Assembly: GCF_000143415.4 (NCBI RefSeq)
Contig: NW_003314743.1
Location: 1-5,502, forward strand
DNA: 5,502 nt
Source of the DNA: Selaginella moellendorffii
Taxonomy: Eukaryota; Plantae; Lycopodiophyta
Direction: 5' to 3'
Numbering within the stretch: the stretch's first letter is position 1; each line of letters opens with the position of its first letter. Shown here one piece after another: positions 1 to 5,502 of the stretch. A program made the position numbers and the translations under genes. The notes beneath the pieces are model-generated. The model ran no database searches and was not told where the DNA came from. It worked only from the letters and a program-made list of their open reading frames with translations.

Positions 1-124
1 GGTCACACGTCGCACAGGTTTCTGGGAACAGTGTACGTTCCCGAGGTAAACTGGACCCTGATGGTCGCCTGCTTGCTGATAACAGCGGGTTTCCGGGAGA
101 CACAGCAGATCGGAAATGCATACG
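1..124 (+). CDS. KUP: KUP/HAK/KT potassium transporter, penultimate exon (5'-partial, runs off the window)
   Basis: Translation from base 1 gives GHTSHRFLGTVYVPEVNWTLMVACLLITAGFRETQQIGNAY(G). This matches the KUP/HAK motifs HTS..F.GQIYIPE.NW.LM and IGNAYG. The exon ends at the donor G|GTAAGC. Confidence 0.93.
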
Positions 125-185
125 GTAAGCTTTTAAATGTAATCTCTAGTTTAACAGTTTTTTTGTCACCATTGTGCTCTCGCAG
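125..185 (+). other. Spliceosomal intron (61 nt, phase 1, GT-AG) in the KUP gene
   Basis: Donor GTAAGC at 125, T-rich body, acceptor TCTCGCAG at 185. Splicing restores GNAY-G-VAVVLVMVVTT and joins ORFs 31..306 and 188..1204. Confidence 0.93.
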
Positions 186-1204
186 GTGTGGCAGTCGTGC
201 TCGTCATGGTCGTGACAACGTTTTTGTTGGCTATGGTTATGATTCTTATATGGCACAGCAACCTCTACTTGGCCTTCTCCTTCCTGGCGGTGTTTGGCTC
301 GCTTGAGTTGCTCTACTTTTCATCGGTTTTGTTCAAGGTGATGAGCGGGGGATGGGTTCCTCTGGCAATAGGCTCGGTTCTCATGGCAGTCATGTACTTC
401 TGGCACTACGGCTCTTGCGAGAGGCACAAGTTTGAGCTCCAGAACAAGGTGTCCCTTGGATGGATCCTCCAGCTCGGCCCAAGCCTCGGGATGGTGAGGC
501 TGCCAGGAATCGGCCTGTTCTACACCGAGCTAGCTCACGGGGTTCCATCGATCTTCTCGCACTTCCTCACGCACTTTCCAGCGGTCCATTCCATCCTCAC
601 CTTCGTGTGCGTCAAGTATCTCCCGGTGAGCACCGTCGCCAAAGAAGAGAGGTTCCTTCTGAGGAGGATCGGTCCCAAGCAGTTTCGGATGTACCGCTGC
701 GTGGTGAGGTACGGCTACAAGGATCTCCACAAGAAGGACGACCACTTCGACGAGCTTCTCATCCGCGCACTGGCCGCCTTCATTCGCTACGAGTCGCTCA
801 TGGAGAGCGTGGACGAGCAGTCGGAAGAGACCGTGACGAGCAACGGGTCCCTGGAAAGCTGCGGCGCGGCTCCTCCACTGCAAGCACAGGTGGACGGGCA
901 CACCATCACTGGCAGTGAGATTTGCTTGACAGCGTCAAGCGTCTCCTCGATCCAGCGGCAAACTCCAAGGAGCTTGAGAGAGGAGGAGGACGAGTGCGCG
1001 TTTCTAATCAAGTGCAAGGAAGATGGGATCGTTCACATAATGGGGAGCACTGTGATGCGAGCAAGGCAAGGGTCGGGCTTCTTCAAGCGGCATGCCATCA
1101 ACTCGGGGTATAGTTTCCTGCGGAAGCTGTGCAGGGACACGAGTGTGATATACCATGTACCTCACGAGAGCCTCCTTCACGTAGGGATGGTTTATAACAT
1201 TTGA
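186..1204 (+). CDS. KUP: KUP/HAK/KT potassium transporter, last exon (final TM helices plus cytosolic C-terminal domain); resembles the AtKUP9/10/11 group
   Basis: Family motifs: VMVVTT, GGWVPL, WHYG, SLGMVRLPGIGLFYTELAHGVPSIFSHF, FVCVKYLPV, ERFL.RRIGPK, RYGYKDLHKKDD, and C-terminal VPHESLLHVGMVYNI*. Stop TGA at 1202-1204. The subgroup assignment is from recalled motif similarity only. Confidence 0.95.
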
Positions 1205-1256
1205 TATGTGGCTAAAGTCACCTTTCGTTTTTGTAGAAGTTACTTCTTTAACTTAT

Positions 1257-1356
1257 NNNNNNNNNNNNNNNNNNNNNNNNNNNNNNNNNNNNNNNNNNNN
1301 NNNNNNNNNNNNNNNNNNNNNNNNNNNNNNNNNNNNNNNNNNNNNNNNNNNNNNNN
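1257..1356. other. Run of exactly 100 N (probable assembly gap of unknown size)
   Basis: 100 consecutive N, the conventional placeholder length. The true distance between KUP and the AT-rich island is therefore uncertain. Confidence 0.9.
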
Positions 1357-1393
1357 ATTAAACGGTTGATTGTAACTTTTAAAAGAAGAATAT

Positions 1394-2290
1394 ATGGATA
1401 TAATTCTTGTTTTTCTGTCTTTAAAATTTGTTTATACATCTAGACTTGATTATAGATCACAAGATATAAATCTTATACATCCAAATACTACAAGTATAAT
1501 TGTTTCAAGATTACTTATGATGGTACATAATGCAATTCCATCTCAAGATACCATACAAATAGGCCAATCTATTGACAATGATGTAATCCTAGAAGATGGG
1601 ATTCAGGGCAATATAACCGTTACCATGCAAATATGGCTTTATAGTGTTGAAAGAAGGGAAAATTATGTATATTGTTCAACTAACCCTTCTGAGGAAGAAG
1701 AGAGAAATAGTACCACAGTAAGACATGATTTAGATAATCTAATAATGGAATATTATTAAGAGCTTTTAAGACTTGGATCTAGAATGATTTCTATAACATC
1801 AAGAATATGGTATTTATTATTTGATTAATAACATACCTCCTGAAGGAGGATCGAGACAAATATTATCAATGAAAACAAGTGATTTAAATGACTGCCAGAT
1901 TTATTTAAACACATTAATTAGTTCCACAATTTACAATGTTTTATTGCCTTATCATTTTATAAGATCTTCAAACAGAAAGCATTTCTTTATTTACATCCTA
2001 ATTGTAAACTAGAACTTTATATACATAATAAATCAAGGTGGTCAATTTTAGGAAATCATAAAACTTGTTTTCTTATATTGCAACCTGATGGAAATTTAGT
2101 GTTTTATTCTGAAAATAAAAATATTTTATGGTCACCAAACAAATACTGTAAAGATCAACCTAGTTGTATAATGACTACATATCTCTTTTTACAAAATGAT
2201 TGTAACTTAGTTTTATATAAGCACTATCAAAAACGTTTTTCTACAAACATTAAAACTATACCACTTTGGTCGACTAATACTTTTTGCTAA
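1394..2290 (+). pseudogene. Disrupted (or spliced) gene for a putative secreted protein: unknown N-terminal region plus C-terminal GNA-type/bulb mannose-binding lectin domain
   Basis: ATG 1394 opens 121 stop-free codons in ~26% GC DNA, with hydrophobic start MDIILVFLSLKFVYTS. TAA at 1757-1759. A second frame is open 1797-2009 and contains NTLISS..VLLPYHFIRSSNRK. The original frame is open again 1922-2290 and carries the lectin core. ATG and final TAA are in the same frame (897 nt, about 298 aa if repaired). Confidence 0.7.
1908..2290 (+). CDS. Bulb-type (B-lectin, GNA-like) D-mannose-binding lectin domain, frameshifted near 1976-1981
   Basis: Repaired translation: NTLISSTIYNVLLPYHFIRSSNRK/AFLYLHPNCKLELYIHNKSRWSILGNHKTCFLILQPDGNLVFYSENKNILWSPNKYCKDQPSCIMTTYLFLQNDCNLVLYKHYQKRFSTNIKTIPLWSTNTFC*. 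Two perfect QxDxNxVxY motifs (2081-2107, 2192-2218) and one degenerate one (1994-2020), each followed by a WS motif. Confidence 0.88.
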
Positions 2291-2388
2291 GTTATTAAAA
2301 ATCAAATTATTAAAAAATTTAAAAGTAAAACCTTACTTACTTTACAATTTAAATATAAAATGCTATAATATATAACTTCAGGATATTC

Positions 2389-2394
2389 AATAAA
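2389..2394 (+). promoter_or_regulatory. Possible polyadenylation signal AATAAA for the lectin gene
   Basis: AATAAA about 100 nt after the stop at 2290. Weak evidence because the region is very AT-rich. Confidence 0.25.
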
Positions 2395-2459
2395 AATGAA
2401 TTCTGACATTTCATGAAAAATGTCAAGGTATCATGTTAAACTTTAAACCTAGAATTAAT

Positions 2460-5282
2460 TTACTTCAGAGGCCCCAAAACTGCATCTTCAATCTCATATC
2501 CTTTGCCAACCATCTCTTCCACAAACTTGGCCGCCTTGCCTCGTGCCTTCCCACCATACGCCAAGTCCATAATCTCCTCCAGCACCGCTCGAGCCTCTCC
2601 TCCCTGCCCCGATTTACAAAGCCCCGCCACCAAACTAGCACACCTCTCCGGAGCCGGGAGCTGCCCACCTCGTACCATATCCCTCACAAACCCCAGCGCC
2701 ATCTCCATCTTCCCTGCCTCGAGCAAACCATCCACGGCAAAGCGATACACTTCGTCACCCCACGCCTCGCTCCGCAAGCTCTCTCGCCCCTCGCGGAGTA
2801 TCTCCAGCGCCCGAGCACTCCTGCCGCTCTTGCAAAGCTCCGCTGCCAGCGTCCCATACACGACGTGGTCGGGGGAGATCCCTGCGCAGACCATCTCCCC
2901 GAAGAGCTTGAGACCTCCATCGACCTGACCCGCGGAGCAAAACCCGAGTATCAGCGCAGTGTACGTGAACAAGTTTGGAGCGCAGCCGGAGCTCTTCATC
3001 TGCGCGAACACCCCGCAAGCTTCCGGTAGCCGGTTGGCCTTGCAAAGCCCCGAGACGAGCGCAGTGTAAGTCACCACGTTTGGAGCAAGCCCCCGGGCGA
3101 CCATGTCCGAGAGGAGCTCCCGGGCTCTCTCCGTTTGCCCCGCCCGGCAATGCCCGTGGACGAGCGTGTTGTAAGTCACCACGTCCGGGGATTGCCCGCT
3201 GGAAACCATCGCGTCTAGCACCTCTCGAGCTTCTTTGATCCGGCCCGCCTTGCACAGCCCGTGAATCAGAGTGTTTTGCGTCACGACCGTCGGCTTGCAC
3301 TGCCTCTTCACCATGTCCTCCAAAAGGTGGCGGGCATCGTCGACTCTGGCGATGGAGCAAAGCCCGGAGATGAGTGTGCTGTAAGTCACCACGTCCGGGA
3401 CGTGGCCATCGTCGGTCATCCTCTTGAGCAGCCTGAAAGCCTCGTCCAGCTTTCCTCTCTTGCAGTGAGCGTCGATCAGGATGTTGAAGGTGAAGCGGCT
3501 GGGGCGGCNNNNNNNNNNNNNNNNNNNNNNNNNNNNNNNNNNNNNNNNNNNNNNNNNNNNNNNNNNNNNNNNNNNNNNNNNNNNNNNNNNNNNNNNNNNN
3601 NNNNNNNNNNNNNNNNNNNNNNNNNNNNNNNNNNNNNNNNNNNNNNNNNNNNNNNNNNNNNNNNNNNNNNNNNNNNNNNNNNNNNNNNNNNNNNNNTAGC
3701 TCCAGCTATCCGGTGGTATGTCTTTCGCTTCCATCTCGTGGAAAACTTGGCAGGCTTGATCGATCTTCGACTGCTGGCACAGGCCGAGGATGATAGTGTT
3801 GTGTGAGCGACGGTTTGGAGTACAGCCCAGGCGCTCCATCTCGTTGAACAGGAGGAGAGCTTCTTCCACTCGGCTGGACTTGCAGAGCCCGTCCATGACC
3901 GTGTTGTAAGTCACCACGTCCGGGACGTGACCATCTTCTATCATCTTCTTAATCAAGTCGCAGGCCTCCTCCAGCATTCCTCTCTTGCAGCTCGCGTCGA
4001 TCATAACGTTGTAAGTCACCGGGCTTGGAGGGCAGCCTCTTCGGTTCATGTCCGCGAAGAGCTCGCGAGCATCGTCGAAGCTGTTGGCCATGCAAAGCCC
4101 GTGAATGAGACTCGTGTAGGCCACCGTCGAGGGAGTCACTCCCGAGTGTAGAAGCTTTTGGAAAAGGTTGCGAGCGTCGTTAAGTTTCCCTGCCTTGGCG
4201 AGGCCGTCGATGAGGATACCATAGCTCCAGCTATCCGGTGATACGTTTCTTTCGTTCATCTTCTCGAACATCTGGACCGCCTCGTCGATTCTATCGTTTT
4301 GGCACAGTCCCAGGATGACGATATTGTATCCGCGGAGGCTTGGAGGCGAGGAACTCGAAGAAGAACTAGACGGAAGTTCTCTGTCACCAAACAGCCGGAC
4401 TGCCTCCTCGACGCGACCGGCCTTGCAAAGCCCGTCCAAAACCGTGCAGTAGGACACTTCGTCGGGAGCACACTCCTCGTCGGGCATCGCTCTGAGAAGC
4501 TCGCGAGCCTTGTCGACTTGTCCTCGCGAGCAAAATCCTTCGAGAAGCACGTTCAAGGTGACGAGACAAGGCTCACGCCTGTTCTCCCTGTAAACTTGCA
4601 GCGCCTCGTCTATCCGTCCGGAATCCATGAGCCCGACAAGAACAGAGTCGAGAGAACCGGCCGCGAGAGGTATTCTTTTCTCGGACATCGTTCTCGCCAG
4701 CTCCAAGGCATCGTCCACTCTGGCAGCCTTGCAAAGCGCCACTACGACGATGTTGTAGGCGCTAGAGTTTGCAACTGGCATAATCTCCAGTAGCTGAAAG
4801 GCACGCTCCATGCTTCCTCGCAAGCATAGCTCGTGCGCCAGAAAGCTCGATGTTGCAAAGTAAGGTGGTATCATCCTGCTTCTCATCTCGTCCATAACTA
4901 GCTCCGCCTCGTCCATCTTCCCAGCCTTGCAGAGCCCACACAAGATGGTGGTGAAAGTAAACGAGTCAGGAAAACACCCTCTGTCCACCATCACTTGCAC
5001 CATCTTCTTTACGGCCTCTGTTTCCTGCCTCTTCGAAAGGCTGTCTATCAGAACGTTGTAAACGTCCGGGTATGGAGAGTGGCACTCTTCCATCAGGGAG
5101 AAAATTTTCACCGCCTCGAAAGTTCTCCCAACGTTGCACCATCCCTGGATGACGCTGGTGAAGAGCAAGGGAGCCGGAAAAATCCCTTGCTGAAACATCA
5201 CTCGAAGAACTTTCTCGGCCTCGGCTAGCTTCTCAGCTTCCACGAATCCATGAACAAGGGACGAGCATGTAGCCTCCTCCAC
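2460..5282 (-). CDS. P-class pentatricopeptide repeat (PPR) protein, about 26 motifs, no E/DYW domain; true start unresolved (frame open up to 5393)
   Basis: Tandem 35-aa motifs such as PDVVTYNTLVHGHCRAGQTERARELLSDMVARGLA and PNVVTYTALVSGLCKANRLPEACGVFAQMKSSGCA. No introns are visible in the sequenced motif array. Stop TAA at 2462-2460. The 5282 start is a GTG, the first in-frame ATG is 5198 (inside motif 1), and there is an upstream in-frame TAG at 5396-5394. Confidence 0.96.
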   Translation of the reverse strand: MEEATCSSLVHGFVEAEKLAEAEKVLRVMFQQGIFPAPLLFTSVIQGWCNVGRTFEAVKIFSLMEECHSPYPDVYNVLIDSLSKRQETEAVKKMVQVMVDRGCFPDSFTFTTILCGLCKAGKMDEAELVMDEMRSRMIPPYFATSSFLAHELCLRGSMERAFQLLEIMPVANSSAYNIVVVALCKAARVDDALELARTMSEKRIPLAAGSLDSVLVGLMDSGRIDEALQVYRENRREPCLVTLNVLLEGFCSRGQVDKARELLRAMPDEECAPDEVSYCTVLDGLCKAGRVEEAVRLFGDRELPSSSSSSSSPPSLRGYNIVILGLCQNDRIDEAVQMFEKMNERNVSPDSWSYGILIDGLAKAGKLNDARNLFQKLLHSGVTPSTVAYTSLIHGLCMANSFDDARELFADMNRRGCPPSPVTYNVMIDASCKRGMLEEACDLIKKMIEDGHVPDVVTYNTVMDGLCKSSRVEEALLLFNEMERLGCTPNRRSHNTIILGLCQQSKIDQACQVFHEMEAKDIPPDSWSXXXXXXXXXXXXXXXXXXXXXXXXXXXXXXXXXXXXXXXXXXXXXXXXXXXXXXXXXXXXXXXXRPSRFTFNILIDAHCKRGKLDEAFRLLKRMTDDGHVPDVVTYSTLISGLCSIARVDDARHLLEDMVKRQCKPTVVTQNTLIHGLCKAGRIKEAREVLDAMVSSGQSPDVVTYNTLVHGHCRAGQTERARELLSDMVARGLAPNVVTYTALVSGLCKANRLPEACGVFAQMKSSGCAPNLFTYTALILGFCSAGQVDGGLKLFGEMVCAGISPDHVVYGTLAAELCKSGRSARALEILREGRESLRSEAWGDEVYRFAVDGLLEAGKMEMALGFVRDMVRGGQLPAPERCASLVAGLCKSGQGGEARAVLEEIMDLAYGGKARGKAAKFVEEMVGKGYEIEDAVLGPLK
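3509..3696. other. Run of 188 N inside the PPR CDS (sized gap or masked sequence)
   Basis: 188 N. Both the reading frame and the 35-aa register are preserved across it. Confidence 0.9.
4347..4370 (-). repeat. Poly-serine tract (S8) in the PPR protein
   Basis: Minus-strand codons TCT AGT TCT TCT TCG AGT TCC TCG within ...GDRELPSSSSSSSSPPSLRGY... Confidence 0.85.
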
Positions 5283-5502
5283 CAGAGTAAAATCCCTTGA
5301 GAACTTGTGACAAAATACCTTCCAGGCCTCCCCAAGCTTTATACTACCCTGAATTCTTTTTCTAACTTTGAAGCGCTTTTTTTCTTTGCAATTCTACCCG
5401 CATTGCTTCGATCTTCCACACCTGTTCTGGACAAATCGATCAATCTCCTCCAGCGGCTTCCACTGGAGCATCTAAACCCACCTGAGAACGATCGCCTGCT
5501 GC

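Larger units (their letters stand above)
3396..4463 (-). repeat. Internal tandem duplication of five PPR motifs (unit 525 nt / 175 aa): copy A 4463-3921, copy B 3920-3396
   Basis: TAGCTCCAGCTATCCGGTG occurs at 3697 and 4222. GTAAGTCACCACGTCCGGGACGTG occurs at 3381 and 3906. Both offsets are 525 nt. Unusual peptides PDSWSY, IDA.CKRG, DGHVPDVVTY and ILGLCQ each occur twice, 175 aa apart. Confidence 0.85.

Noticed and set aside
125-306. C-terminal part of ORF 31..306
   Set aside because: It reads through the 61-nt intron into the wrong frame. Only 1-124 is real coding sequence in that frame.
460-1113. Alternative-frame and antisense ORFs over KUP (460..918, 530..901, 787..1017, 922..1113)
   Set aside because: Shadow ORFs of a GC-rich coding exon with no recognisable motifs.
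1248-1439. Minus-strand 63-aa ORF
   Set aside because: More than half consists of N-derived X residues, so it is an artefact of the gap.
1456-1640. Alternative frame ITRYKSY...RPIY*Q*CNPRRWDSG as the real, decayed coding frame
   Set aside because: It has several stops, whereas the 1394 frame is open for 121 codons in AT-rich DNA.
2404-2452. Helitron 3' end (hairpin plus CTAG at 2449-2452)
   Set aside because: The hairpin is AT-rich and lies 23 nt from CTAG, and CTAG is followed by A rather than T. No 5' end is visible.
3066-4020. Recurring GTAAGTCACC as a CRISPR-like repeat or as antisense splice donors
   Set aside because: It is the reverse complement of the V-T-Y codons of PPR motifs. 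Spacing in multiples of 105 nt is fully explained by the protein repeat.
2433-5228. Numerous plus-strand and off-frame ORFs overlapping the PPR gene
   Set aside because: Expected from a GC-rich CDS. They are Arg/Pro/Ser-biased, have no domains, and some span the N run.
5354-5392. Plus-strand branch point and polypyrimidine tract (CTAAC...TTTTTTTCTTTGCAA)
   Set aside because: It ends in CAA, not CAG, and there is no plus-strand gene to attach it to.

Overview
Eukaryotic (land plant) nuclear DNA. The 61-nt intron, tight gene packing, GC-rich exons and PPR style suggest a compact genome such as the lycophyte Selaginella (inference, not verified). There are three genes. (1) 1-1204 (+): the last two exons of a KUP/HAK/KT potassium transporter. 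(2) About 1394-2290 (+): a gene in a strongly AT-rich island (about 26% GC by hand count). It encodes a putative signal peptide, an unrecognised ~170-aa N-terminal region and a C-terminal GNA-type (bulb/B-type) mannose-binding lectin domain. It is broken by one stop and two compensating frameshifts, all of which lie inside one potential in-frame GT-AG intron. (3) 2460-~5393 (-): a long P-class PPR gene with about 26 motifs, an internal 5-motif (525-nt) tandem duplication, a poly-Ser insert and an unresolved 5' end. Two N runs are present: 1257-1356 and 3509-3696. The most interesting element is the lectin-fusion gene, which the ORF track splits into three apparently unrelated pieces.
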